A stretch of DNA of 64,000 nucleotides from the NCBI RefSeq assembly GCF_006345805.1, contig NC_042997.1, positions 3,968,001 through 4,032,000 on the forward strand, given 5' to 3'. This document shows positions 1 to 13,495 of this stretch, in pieces. A program made the translations under genes and the position numbers. The DNA comes from Octopus sinensis. Lineage: Eukaryota. Each line of letters opens with the position of its first letter. The first letter of the stretch is position 1. Below the pieces are notes generated by a model. It saw only the letters and a list, made by a program, of their open reading frames with translations. It did no database searches and was not told where the DNA came from.

Positions 1-220
1 ATTGTATGAACTCCTTCATCGGAGACGATGTGATACAATGGTTAAGCAATATATAATTTAGATAACATATGAAGTAGAGTGTGAAGTGGTGGAATGAAAA
101 TAGATGTGAGATATGCAGATCCATCATTTAGGCAGAAATTTATACATATAACAAGATTCCAATAATTTGTTGGTAAGTTCCAATAGTATTTAAAATCGGT
201 CTTTCCAAGTGTAGAGATTG
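1..220 (-). mobile_element. Left arm of an inverted pair; PLE/retrozyme-like terminal unit running off the window edge
   Basis: The reverse complement of 20-220 aligns with 297-510 (e.g. catctattttcattcc.ccacttcac.ctcta.ttcatat.ttatctaaatta.ta.ttgcttaaccat). On the minus strand it ends in tctcCGATGAAGG, a hammerhead-core-like start. Confidence 0.6.
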
Positions 221-296
221 TACACAGTGGTATCGAATCCATGGTTTTATTTAATGTGACGTAAAATTAGGGAATGTACTTGTAAGGTCAAATCGA

Positions 297-600
297 AAAC
301 TCTATACTTGGAATGACCAATTTGAAACACTATTTGAACTTACTCATAACGTATTGGAATCTTATATGTATACAATTCTGTCTAAATAATGTATCTACAG
401 ATGCAATATCCCTGCGTATCTCACATCTATTTTCATTCCCCCACTTCACTCTCTATTTCATATCTTATCTAAATTAACTATTGCTTAACCATTTACTCAC
501 ACCGTCTCTTTTGAAAGGATATATAAAATATCCCGGATACAGCTGTAAAACATTCTATTTATAAATTTTCTAAAATCTTTCACAACGTTGAATTTTTACC
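297..600 (+). mobile_element. Right arm of the inverted pair; ends in a decayed type I hammerhead-like motif (505-550)
   Basis: Inverted copy of 20-220. At 508-547: CTTTTGA, stem GGATAT/ATATCC with an ATAAA loop, GGATAC, palindromic ACAGCTGT, GUA triplet. Confidence 0.55.
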
Positions 601-606
601 TCATTC

Positions 607-609
<3 letters not shown>

Positions 610-680
<71 letters not shown>
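610..680. repeat. (TA)n microsatellite
   Basis: Direct reading. Confidence 0.99.
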
Positions 681-681
<1 letters not shown>

Positions 682-1129
682 TAATTATTTTTAAAATTTA
701 AAACGTTTTAGCCCTAACTTGTAGAAACAAATGCTAATTTACCAAAACATAAACTATATAAGCACATATAAATATGTGTGCCTGTGTATATGTATATTTA
801 GCGTAGAATCTAATATTATACCGTTGAGAAGATTATGAGAAATGAAGTATATAGTATGAGAAAGGCTGCATAGTGTGTTGTATTACATTGATATTTCTTT
901 CCTTAAATATAAGTATTTGCAACGAGGTTTAAGATTCAGGAATTAATTCATTCGTTTGTGCAAAGGCTAAAATTTTGATTAAAAAGATTCAACTCCAAAG
1001 CTTTAAATCTTCAGTAATTGTTCTATGTATAATTCGAAGCAAATTAAAGGTAATTGAAAATAATATTGAAAGAAATGGAGAAGATTACCGATAATAGTTT
1101 TCACAAATTCTTTTATATTTTATTTATTT

Positions 1130-1175
1130 ATACGTTTCAGGCTTAAGGCTATAACCATGCTGGGACACCGCCAGG
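1130..1175 (-). mobile_element. Isolated SINE/LINE 3' tail fragment
   Basis: Minus strand ggcggtgtcccagcatggttatagccttaagcctgaaacg resembles the tails at 24817-24856 and 39847-39886. Confidence 0.6.
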
Positions 1176-3574
1176 TTAATCACATTTTTAACGACCAGTT
1201 TTCTGCGATTTTGTTGAAAGAGGGAGTACGACACAGGTGACCTGTTTTGATTCTCTTACCTTGATATTAATTCATCTGAGAACTTGGATAGGTCAAGTTG
1301 TCCTTGGAAACATCTAACACCACTCCATCAAGATATATCAGATGATTTGGTAGGGCGTTAAATATCTGTAAGCTCCTGGATTTCAAAGTATTCCAGTATA
1401 CAGTCCTCACTCTAGATGGAACAGATGGGATGTAATTATTTTTTTAGCAAGTTATAATATTAATAATCCCTAAATTAGAAAAAACGTATTAGGCGATATT
1501 TTATAACGATACACAGAATACTAAAGGTAACCTTGCGATATCCTCAGAATTCTTATATTGTGGTGTCTAACCACTGGATATTGACAATGCACAATTCCAA
1601 AAATATTGAAATTTTACACACACATACATAGAATGTGTTAAGTTTACGTATAATAATTTCATTCTTTTACTGAGATTAGACATTTAAATACCATATAATA
1701 ATGACAGGTAAATTTTAAAATGTTTTCTTATGGAATATTTTAACTGTTATACTTTAGAATAAGGATGTCACTTTGAAAAATAATATTGCTTCCTGTATAT
1801 AAAATCGCTGAAATCTCTTTTGTGGGTTGTGTTTTTTCTATTTATTATTTGTAATACAGCATTTACAGATGTGTTGCTAAAAGTTTAAGCTATATTCTGT
1901 ATTAGATTGCACAAAATATTTTGGAATATATGATCTAGCCTAAGTACAAAGGATCATAAAATCGGCTTCACCCCTTATACAATCGATGTTTTGAAAAATC
2001 CTATCATATTTCATGTTTAAATATTATTAAGATTTGTATACAAATATGTTAAAATATTTTATGTTTTATAGAAGTATAAAAAAATTATTGCAGATAAAGA
2101 TTAACGACGAAATCTTATATGGACCCGCAATGACCATCTGGATGCTGTTCAGAAGAACTGGTATCCAGTGTTTGAGTTATGAATCTGTGAGGCATAATTC
2201 AATATGAAATAAACTATCAATATGAAATTAAAATTTGTATTCAATATTTATACTGTCAAAACCCGACGCTTAATATAACGATTTTCTGGATAGTGAGCAT
2301 ATCAAATAAATTTTGTTTGTTTAAGTGAAAAATAAAGGAACATCTTGTCTAGAATAAAGAGGAAAGAATAAATGTAAAACTGTTAGCGTCGAGTAGATTT
2401 GAAAATAAACACTAGAGGTAAATGGATTTGGTTATGTTATTCAGCTTGGATACATGGATTCAAATCAAGTTGGAAAGCTTGGAAAACAAAGCCTTATTCT
2501 ATTGAAGAAATAAACATTGTTAAAGAAGATGACAGCTTCAATGAGTAAATTTTGGTGGGAAAAGGAAGATATACTTGCTTTATTGTTGGATACAAAACTG
2601 CAAACTTTCAATGATCAAACTTACAATGAACAAACAGCAACATCTTAAACGATTTGAAAGCAATAAAACTGCTCCAATTTCGTATGAGTAAGATAGGATA
2701 TCGCTTCAACCCTATAATGCTAGTAGATAAAATAGGTGCACTTTCATTTCCTTAGAAGAAATTTTGCTTCTCGATTTAAAATCGCAAGATACTTGTCTCT
2801 ACTTCGTTGGCGTTAATGCTTCTATATGCATTACCTCCTGAAGTCAGAAAGAGCACACTAATACGATGAGTAAGAGAATTTTACCTGAATTAATTAAGGT
2901 TTTGTGTGACTGTACAAAATCTAACTGGGATGTCATTCCTTTGTCTATACATGAAACGACGTAGTGAATAATGTAACCTTGGACTTCATATATTGTTGAT
3001 GATTCACATTGGTAATGCTACTGCAAGTGAGTATCTATCGTTCACACTTGCATTTCGGTGGAAGTAGTTTACCGAACACCATATAGCGATTTCATAATTC
3101 ATAATATTAAGACCAAATAACTATGTTGAAATTTATACAGAAATGAGATAACACGAGTCTAATTAATCCTCCTAAGACATACACGCACGCACGCTCACAC
3201 ACACGCACACATCGATATATGTATATGTATAAGTACACACAAAGACACACACACACACACACATACATACACATATATATATGAGTGAACAAATTTTTCA
3301 TCCCACATTCTCCACTATTTTCCTTCAGCTTTGTACCTCAAAAATTGCAAGAAGTTAGAATTTCTGGATCGAATTTTCGCAATTTGCAACTTCTTTCTTT
3401 TACCGTTGACATACGTCTTGAGTCAACATTTCTCGATCATACTGTACCTTAATTTTAAACTGTCATGATTGCTATTTTCCCTTTTATTATTGCTATCCGC
3501 AATCGCTACATTTTTGGATCACAGTTTGCCAGTCTTCACACACGATCGTATACATTTCGTGACATTTTTGAACT

Positions 3575-3596
3575 TGACGAACGCTCACACACACAC

Positions 3597-3672
<76 letters not shown>
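3575..3672. repeat. (CA)n(TA)n compound microsatellite
   Basis: Direct reading. Confidence 0.99.
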
Positions 3673-3674
<2 letters not shown>

Positions 3675-5169
3675 CAAAACAATCTGGAACTGCTACGGAA
3701 GAAGTTGATATTTGTATTAATAGAATCGCGATGAAACTAATACAGGAAGCTTGCAATGAATTCCTGTTTTATGGACAGAGACATACTACTTGAATGGCTG
3801 ATCTAATCAACGAAATATTTAATGTTACATCATTGTCGAGATATATTGGAATATAGAATATTGTCTTAAAAGTTATCTCATAAAACGATATTCACTGTCA
3901 AAAACGTAAAGGAAAACGATTCAGTATATTGATGTATACTCGTATCATTTCAAGAGATTTGAATAAATACCACTGTTTCTCGATATACGTGCATGTGTAA
4001 TACTTTGTTGTCTTTAAAATATCCAGTTTCAAAATATACGGCATGCATGGTTGTTGTCTAGTAACTTTGTAAGTTATTTGATATGTAAAAAAAAAATGAG
4101 ACGCAGTTTGAAATTAAATAACAATTCAAGAACAAATAGTATACACCTCCAGGAACTACATCGTGGGTGTACTTCATGATAGGAAACAGAGTACGACATA
4201 TAATCGATTAGTAAATCTACATTACATGCAAAACCAGAGAACTTATGCTAGCACTTCAGTAACAGTTAGCTTCCCTTAAGAGAAATTATTTCACTTATTT
4301 TATAAATTATCATATTTTACGTATCTCTTCGTTAATAAACAAAACCAAGGACACTTGGATAAAATTATGTCTCCTGCTATAGATAAACGTTACCATCCTG
4401 AACCCAATTCAATATTTGCCTACACAACTAGGAATGCTTCTGATGCTTCATTTATGAAAAAAAAGTAAAATCCCATATGGATACACACATTTACACATAT
4501 GAATGTATATAGATTCCGGAAATTATTTACAGTTTTTTTTTCGCAGAATTCAAAGCCCTATATTAACACTAAGCGAATTCTTAGTGATCCCTGTTATCAG
4601 AATGAGCAGAACATGTTATGAATGATGTGAGCGTGTTGTGAATATATCTGCGTGTACGGATTCATCTACATCCGTGTGTGCCTGTGGAACATTCGAACAT
4701 ACGTATGTGCTTTGGTTGTATATTTCGCAGCAATTCACTAAATAATCTTAAAGTCTGGTGTAGAATATTTTTCATCAATAATGTTTTACTAAAACATAAA
4801 CTTGAGGAGAATGAAGGCCAAAGTATGAAATTATTTTTTCAAAATTTATTCAAAACACGAATGAAATAATATCCGAGAAAGGCAACATGCAATATATTTA
4901 ACGAAGCCAGATGTCGTACTAATATAATGTCACAAGTTTTAAAGAAGGATAACTAAAAATATCCCAAACAAATTAGTTGATTCTGACGTTAGTAATACCA
5001 TCAGCAAATACTGATGGAAGGTATAACATTTCTCTATTTCTCTTCAGATATGTAATAATCTAGCCTTTCACATTTATTAGAATATTACACTGATGGATAA
5101 ATGTTTTATTTAAAAGAGAAAATCCATGCATGCCTTACGTTTCTCCTTTGTCGTTTACGTGCTTCCTTT

Positions 5170-5640
5170 TTTAGACTACATCCATTGTGGGGCACTTCTT
5201 TGAAGGGTTCAGTCGAACAGGCACTCAATCCTTTGCCGAAACGCTAGGATAGTAGGACGTAAACAAGACAACGACTGTTCTGAATCGCTGGAGTGGACTG
5301 ACATAAAAAAACGAATCAAATAAACAAACAAACGGACACACACATACAAAGATACGAGGGAGTGTTATAAAGTTCTTGAATTTGGGTACAAGGGAAAACA
5401 GGAATATCAGTTAAGTATGATTTTATTCAATAGATTCTCCTCTATTATACAGCATATTCCACAAAGTTATCATTGCGGCACTTCAGTTTTTCTGAATCCT
5501 ATAAAAAAAAACCTCGGAAGTTTGAGCCTGCAACCTGTCTTTCGTTATACCATTAAAGTCATCTACACAAGCAGCCATGCAGTGGGACTGAGCCTGGAGC
5601 CATGTGGTTGGGTAGGAAGCGTTTTACCATACAGCCACTG
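5170..5640 (-). mobile_element. Degenerate SINE family A copy interrupted by a mariner fragment
   Basis: Head at about 5560-5640 (minus strand cagtggctgtatggtaaaacgcttcctacccaaccacatgg) and tail at about 5170-5310 match the copy at 24405-24880. Confidence 0.65.
5353..5560 (-). mobile_element. Mariner-like transposon 3' end remnant
   Basis: Terminus TACGAGGG next to TA. The minus strand gives a frameshifted C-terminus ending IGESIE*, similar to the mariner G.YVE* end. Confidence 0.5.
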
Positions 5641-6597
5641 ATAAATTCCAATGATAAATTTCTGGAAACTTTTACAGAATTTTACACTTCCATTGATGGA
5701 TTAGATCTGTAGTCTCCAAAGTTGCTTCCCTTTTTCTGGTTTTAAGAAGTCCTCAAGATTGGCATATATATATATATATATATATACATACGACACATAC
5801 ACACACATATATATATATGTGTGTGTGTGTGTGTGTTCAGGATCCAAAGGAGTTAAGGTATTAAGTAAGAAAGGCTCCAAAGTAGAGGACGAGGATAGCA
5901 TATATGCGTTTAATAACTCCTCTCATGCAAATTATAGGGTTCTTCACTCGTAAAAAATATAAATTTCGTCAGGCGTCTATAGAAAAATAAAGGATTATGA
6001 AACAACCGACGATGACATCTAGATGTTAGACCTCTGTTGATCAAATCAGGTCGGATGGTGTTCTTAAGCGACTTAAATATATCATTAATTTTTAGGAGTG
6101 CGTGGTTAGTTACGATTAATAAATAAAATAAGTGATGTTGCTCTCAAATCAAGAAACCGTCATCTAGCTAACGTCTAGAACCCATCTTGAATTTCTTTCA
6201 TAACTCTGCTCTCTTTATATGACTGAGAAAATACGTTCTTACGGCGAGCCTAGGAAATTTTAAGTTGCATGAAGCTTAGTCAAGCCGTTTTAAATTTATA
6301 TGTGCAGCCCTTAACAAATGTGTGGAAAGTTACGCGCACGTTCAATGTTCAATTCGCACGTTTACATATATACATAATACACACATACATACATACATTC
6401 GTGCATACACACACAAGCACATACATATACACACATATGTACATATACTTGCTTGCACAATAAAATCTAGATATAAAGAAAATACAATAACATGCCAAGC
6501 ATATATATTTTCTAACAATGTATATGATTCCAACACGTTCTTATTATTATATATGCTTAAAATTAGAGAATCATTTAATAATGTCTTATGATTTATG

Positions 6598-6710
6598 TCA
6601 ACTAATATTGTGTGCTTGGTATAATATCAACTCATATTGTGTGATTCATACCATATAAACTAATATTGTGTGTTGGGTATGAAAACTCCTATTGTGTGAT
6701 GGTACCTGAG
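6598..6710. repeat. Short minisatellite, 4 copies of an approximately 28-bp unit (aact.atattgtgtg core)
   Basis: Core at about 6599, 6627, 6657 and 6683. Confidence 0.75.
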
Positions 6711-8711
6711 CTATACGAATTTCTTTCTGCCTGTATATACCGGAAATATTTTCACACATAGAGGCGAGATAACTTCGATAATATCGAATGTTTTAATAGA
6801 AATTAATTTGCTTCGGAGGCAATAACATCGAGAATGGGGAGAATCATATTTCAATAGTTAAATTTACGTAACAATACGTCACAAAATATCTTGTGCACTG
6901 TTAAACGTATGATTTTATCTTCTAAATTTACCACACTATAAATATTTTTGATTAACATGGGCATATTTGAGCGAAGAATACAGGTGACTAATTATACATC
7001 AGTATTTGTCTGATACGAAATACTTTTATACACTCAAGATTTAAGTAGTCAACATTAGGGAGGTCGAACATTAGTAATTACTCTATGGCAATTCGTCTAA
7101 CACTACTAATTCAGGAAAATCAAATGTTGCTGGTCCTCTGTAAGTAATGATTTCAACAGCCAAATTTAACTGAACAATACCCAAAGATAAAAAATAGAAA
7201 ACTGAATATATATCACTAAATAATGCTGTAAAAGTTTTTAAAAAATTGCGTGTACTAAATGCCTCTCGTGTAAACATGTTTTGATGTAAAACATCAAAGG
7301 TGAACTGGTTTCTAATAATTACATATTGTATACATTCGTGTTTCAAACGTGAAACTAAAATTTCAAAAGAGAACATTTATTTAATTCTGTTAGGAAAGAA
7401 AATTGTAAATTAATCAACATAAAGGGCTTGGCTTTTACCGACAACAATCTAATTCATGTATGTGATACTAAATAGAGGAATAATTCAAAATATTATTTTG
7501 ATAATTACGTGTCTGAATTTTAGCAGATATCATCCTATCAAAGTAAAACTGTCGTTAATTATTCCCTGTGAAATTTTGTATAATCTATGTTACAATTTTT
7601 TATCGTAAATATATCTATACATATGCATACATATACGATGAGACAGCCATAAAATGTATAAGAGTATATGCGTGTGTGTGTGTGTGTGTGTCTGTGTGCG
7701 TGTGAGTGTTGTTTGTTTGCATGTGTTTGTTGTATTTATATACTTATATGTAAATTCAGATACACACAGTTACACACGCATAACCAGCACACGCACACAC
7801 ACAAGCACTCTCTCACACAGACCCATATGCTATATTTATTCTATGAGTGCGCGCCGGTGCGTAGGTGTAATGTAAATTTCCTTTGCTTAATACTGTTTAA
7901 ATATTCTTTATTTTAACCTATTACATTCAGTTTCCAATAACAATTTTCATATTTCCCTAAGCCATTTGTATACATAGTAAATATGAGGAGGGCAGCGAAT
8001 TGAAGCCACCATGTTTTATAGAATGCTGAACGTGATTTCTAGAGTGATAACATTTTTATAACCCTCACGTAGGTAAAATCTTTACCACTGCATAAACAAT
8101 TTGCAATAATTTTATCATCCTTAAATTACTACAAATTTAGTATTACGTTTCACGTCTACTGCGCCTTTACGTCGAAAAACTAGTGTGAGCTAGTATTATT
8201 ATATGCAGTACAATTTTTTTCTTTATCTCTTACAAGTGATTATGCAGAGAACATTAGTTATAGAAAATTTATGATGATCGATGAAAAATCATCATACATA
8301 TTTGTCCATAAAATTAACAGGAAAGTGAAATCTTCAAAAACTCCAACCTTAACAAAGAGTGGCATAGTATCACTATTAAATACAAAGTAAATATTTAACA
8401 TACAAATATGATACAGGTAAAATAAGCAAAGGAAATCCTGTACGAGGTATCTCTTCGAAAATTTCTATCTGGGAGTGAAAATAATTTTTTATTTAGTGTA
8501 TCATTTGTTTTTTTCCGAAGCGCAGTAGTTTGTGAACTCAATTTTCCTTTCATTCGGGTGATATTTTCAAGGGTATCTGCTTAAGTTAAAGGTGTAGGAA
8601 GTAAAGCATATTTGGGGAATGCATAAAGGATGAACATAGCAATGAGAATTATTTTAACGTGCACGATGTCTCTTCACTAATAGTGTCAATAACTAAGTAC
8701 CGAACCTATTA

Positions 8712-8749
<38 letters not shown>

Positions 8750-8754
<5 letters not shown>

Positions 8755-9150
8755 TTACACGTCAGCTCACCTTCCTCCACTAAATGTAACCATTGTTACT
8801 AACGTGGTAGCTTCACTTCCTCACACATACATCCCTCACGAAAACACACACAAGCTCAACGAAACGCGCTTGCCATTTCCAATTACTCCCCTTTCTTCCA
8901 GAACCAACTTCCCTGTCTCTCACTCCACGTATGGTCAGATAGTTTTAAGCCATATTACAAAATACGTGCTTCTTTCGGCCTATTCGCTTGCTGTCCGTGA
9001 GAACTCTCCTTTCTATTGCTAATGTCACATGACACGATTTTCCTATATTATTTTTTCTCTACCCGTCAAAGCAAAATATTCGTTTTGTACCTCCTCCCGA
9101 CTTCTGTGCCATTTCTTGTTTTTCTGATTTTGCTTTATGCTTTAAATTTC
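8750..9150 (+). mobile_element. Probable PLE 3' terminal fragment, tail-to-tail with the element at 9150-12740
   Basis: C-rich strand. HKLNETRLPF resembles the PLE endonuclease C-terminus, and 9060-9130 resembles the tail of the repeat at 38420-38520. Confidence 0.35.
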
Positions 9151-12100
9151 GATTGTGTAAGTGTGTGTGTGTGTATTTGTACAACGGAATTAATAAAGTA
9201 CATTGGACCCCAACAAGAGATGGTGTGCGTGAAATTATGTGTATGCGAGAATGGTGTGTGTAAGTGTGTATGTTTGAATAAGGGCGAGTCAATATGATGT
9301 GTGTGAGTGCGTCCTGTATAACGTGTGTGAGTGTGAATAGGGGCAAGTCACTCTGGCGTTTGTGAGCCTGTACTTTGTGTGTGTTGTGTGTAGGAGTTTA
9401 TGTGAGCTGTTTCACGTGTTGTGTGCACATATGTGTGTGTGTGTGTGTGGGTTTGACGAAACGGTGTGCGTGTGTATCGTGTATATATGTGGGTGGAAGT
9501 TATCATTGTCTATGTTTGTTGTCTGTGTTCCGGTATTATATGCCTGTGTGGGGGTGGAAGTGTGCATAATGGTGTGTGGTGTGTGTACCGAGTTACAGAG
9601 TGTGTGTGGGTGATCGAAGAGTAGTGTGTGCGGTGACGCTTTTGGAGAACGTGTGTGGGTGTGTGGATGTTAGTGTGTGTTGTGTCTGCTGGGAACTGGT
9701 CAGTGCTCTTGTCTGGAATGATATGGGGTTGGTATCAAATTAAGAGAGGAGGTGAAAATGTTGTCAGTTAAAGTGAGGAGGTGTATTGAGCTTATGTGAT
9801 GTAAAGGAGAGAAGAGAGAAGATTAATACCTGTTTCTGGCGAAGGCGGGTGATCCGGATGGTATCTGCGCAAAGACAGTCTAAATACAGATAGATGATGT
9901 GGCGAATGAACGATAGAGCGGATATAGCGTGAGTCTGGGATGTCATTTATTGCCGGGTTTGATGTCTCGAAAGTGGTCCGCGAACCAGTCAGCCAAACTG
10001 CGTCCCATTTGCCCGATGTTCAGAGAAGGAAAAAGAGAGTTGGCGATGTAGTATGTGTCGCTACTAGATGTGACGGGAATGAAGTCGGTGACGTCAGTGG
10101 GACGATGATGAGTATGTCTGAGTATGGTAGTGTTGGAGAATTAGGGACCAGGTGTCACATAGTGGGCGAAAGCATGGGAACGAGCCAAGCTTGGAGATTT
10201 GGTTAGGGAAGAAGCTGTGGACCAGGAGGTCTCGCAGGTTCTGGGCTATTTTGTGTCCGAATTGGAGAGGACAGACTGGAATCGCTGGAAGGCTCGGAGA
10301 ATAGTGCATTACAAGGGCAGGGTGGAGAAGTGGTAGGTGAGGCGAAAGGAAAGACAGGCTACGAGTGCGAGGAGAAAGAGCAGAGTCACGGTACCCAGAT
10401 CGTGCTCTGGCAAGGGCACTGTTGGTACTGGTGAGGATATATCGACGTAGGATGAAGCCATTGTTTGGGACAAAGTCTCAAAGTCATGGGAGTCACTGCA
10501 GAGCGAGCCTGCGTAGACGGAAGATTTAGGAGCAGGGAATGGAGAGCTTGGTGTTGTCAGCGTGGGTGGAGGAGAAATTAAAGTAGGTGTGTGAGTCTGT
10601 GTGTTTCTAGAGGATGGAAGTAGTGAGAGCGGAGTGGTGTATCCTGACAGAAATATCGAGAAATTCGGTGAAAGAATTACAGAAAGAGCAGGAGAATTCA
10701 GGGGCAAGATAGAAGAACTGGCTAAAAGAGAGGAAAGAGTCTAGCTGTTAACGGGAGGCTGAGGTCACGCCGATACAGTCATTGATGCAATGAACTTATA
10801 GTGCGGGAATAAGACAAGTGAATTGTTAGAATATTTGTGCCTCAACGTAGCCAACGAATCGGTTCGCATAGTTGGGGACCATTCTCGTTCTCATGGCCAC
10901 TCCAGGATCTGTTCGTATAAATCCTCAGCGAAAGAGAACCAGTTGAGGGAGAGAACAAGTTCAGCCGAACGAAGAAGTGTGGAAGTGTCAGTTACGGGGT
11001 CAATTCGTAGGTCCAGTAAATTTTTCAGCGCGAGAGTCCATCGGTGTGCGGGATCACCGCACATAAACATTTGATATCAAGAATGAACAAAACTTTAGTG
11101 GGGCCAGACGGGAAAGAAAAAGAGTTAAAGAGATGGGAGAATGGTGAGTGTCGTTGATGTGAGAGGGTAGGAGAAACACTAGGGGCTAAATTCACGGCCG
11201 AGGTATTTGGAAATCATTTACGCCGAGTAGTTGCAAGCGGAAACGATGAGTCGACCAGGTTTGTTGGGCTTGTGAATTTTGGCAAAGAAGTAAATAGTGG
11301 GCGTACAAGGAGTGCGAATAGTGAGGTTGGAGGCGGTAAGAGGGAAAAAGGAGGAAGGAATGAGATCATGAATATTGGAGGACATAGTCTTTGGTTGTTA
11401 TACAAGTGGTTTTAGGGCACAGGGCAAGGAGGTGACTCGAAGTTAGCGGAGGGCTCCAGCCCTGAAGGGGTTTGCATGTTACACTCAACAGTTTAACCCT
11501 TGTCTGCCGGTTTTAAGATGATATCCTTGTGACAACGGATAAGTCGAAGGGCCGAAATATTTGCTGGGGAGATGATAATATGCGGGGGACGCCTGCGAAT
11601 TTTGAACCCGTCCACAAGACGTTGGCAGATGCTAGGAAAATTATCACCTTCTTGGAAGTGTGCAGGAGCTGGCGTCCATTATGATGGTCGGCGACCCTTG
11701 TCGGTGAAGCAATCCCCTTCATAAAATGGTGGACCCTTGGGGAATAATGCATGTAGCCTGACGAGACACAAACAGCTATGAATATCAATACGGGTGTAAA
11801 ACTCATTACTGGATGGAGTGAAGGGGATAAAGCGCAGACTCTTACTGAGAAGGGAGCGCTCCGCCTCAGGGAGGGGAAAACCAGAAGGTATGGTAACAAC
11901 AAGCAGAAATGGTGTTGAGAAGGACGAGTTATGTGTGGGAGTGTTGGTGGAGGCGGCGGGTAGCTGGGAGAGGAAGTATTTTGTGGGAGGCTTGGGGTAA
12001 TGGAGAAGAGGGAGTGAGGATGTGCAGGAGTGGACTGGGGAGGGAGGAGTGTTTACAGTGGTCCCGAATGAGGCAGGAGGAAACTGTGAGTGCAGTTTTA

Positions 12101-12740
12101 TATTGCTCAGTGCGACCGACAATGTTGTGGAAACTGTGGTTTAGATGGAGTATGAAGCGTAAGGTGAAATCTGCAACAGATGGTGAGCAACAGCAGAAAA
12201 AGGTGAATAACGCAAGGGGGAGAAGGCAGTCGAGAGTGTGTATTTTGGAGAGAAAACAATGAACGTTGGCAAACGTAAAATGGTAGGAAGGGGTGCGGAG
12301 TATGGAGAGGATGACAAAGGAAAAATGGAAATGGGGAGCAACTGGAGGAGGAAACCTCTGGGAGTGACGTGGTGGTGAGGCAGTGGTTGAGAGAGGGAAT
12401 ATGAGTACAGAAGCTTGTACTCTTGGGAACAAAACAGGACACTGGAAACAGAAGGAGACTGAACAAAAACAAACATGGACGGTCGTCAAACCAGAACGAG
12501 TGTAAAATAGCGAACGCCGGAGAAATATTTTATTTGAAAAGAGTTAAGATAGAAGAGAGGGATAGGATACGTCCTGAAAGCAAAGAAAGATGATCATATG
12601 AGGTAAACAAAGAGGGACGAGGGTCACGTGTGAGCAAGGAGAGAGATAAATGGAGAAAGTGGGGGAGAGAAATAGACAAAGATAAAACTATGGGGTGGAT
12701 AAAAATTGAATTAGAGAAAATGATGAGAGAGAAAACCATG
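9150..12740 (-). mobile_element. Near-full-length decayed Penelope-like element (Neptune-type), RT plus GIY-YIG endonuclease pseudogene
   Basis: Minus-strand motifs in order: LSKSLRFIP (ORF 11679-12122); ILKPADKG (11498-11520); FAKIHKPNKPGRLIVSAC (about 11240-11295); GVAMRTRM..NYANRFVGYVE (about 10840-10900); INDCIG as the YIDD equivalent (about 10770-10790); NLRDLLVHS...GSFPC (ORF 10094-10309); GQMGRSLADWFADH (about 9975-10015); LIFSLL...KLN (ORF 9764-9946). Many stops and frameshifts. Confidence 0.9.
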
Positions 12741-13495
12741 TGGGAGAAAACAGTAAAGAGTAGAGTACCACCAAAAAAATATATACATAAACTTACTTGG
12801 AAATGGATGAGGCGATCAGGAATGGCATAACACTGAATTCAGTACAATTGAAATATTTTATATCACCAAATGACATCTCATAAATTACAGTTGTTTCTAC
12901 TTCATTAATAAAACAAATTTTTTCAAGAATAATCAAATCCGATTAAATATGTAATGATGTTACATCAGACGGACATATGTTCTTAAATATTTGACGAAAA
13001 ATATCAAATGAAAGTATTTATAATTTCTATATCTTTACAAAGACGCTATATATGAACGAACTTAATCATGAATAAGTAAATAATCTAACAGAAATTTTGT
13101 TAATTCGTAACACTAAATCTATAAATATTCCGTTCTGTAACCGATTTATCTGTACAATACACACAAGCTTATTTATTTATCCTTATATATATATGCATGT
13201 ATATATATAACAATTTATATACATATACAATTCATACGCATATGTATCTATTCCTGTTACAACTTTATTTTATAAGCATTAATTCAAAATTAATACTTTA
13301 AATTTCACTATTACAATGCAGGTGAGATAACTATATAAAGAGAATGCAAAACAAAATACGGCGAACGAAAAGATCATATAAATATATATATATAAAACAC
13401 AAATGAAATACAAACAAAATTGTCGACACTCTAACAACGAGCCAAAAACAAATTAAATAAGATAAATGCGATATATATATATATGTATGTATATA

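Noticed and set aside
2380-2750. Plus-strand frame with few stops (RRVDLKINTRGKWIW...)
   Set aside because: No recognisable motif, and runs of about 50 codons are expected by chance many times in 64 kb.
3469-3580. Signal-peptide-like MLFSLLLLLSAIATF
   Set aside because: Starts at TTG, runs into a microsatellite and has no convincing donor.
7083-7376. 97-aa non-repetitive minus-strand ORF; plus-strand ATG...GTAAGT mini-exon in the same place
   Set aside because: No family motif or supporting partner exon; the length is attainable by chance.
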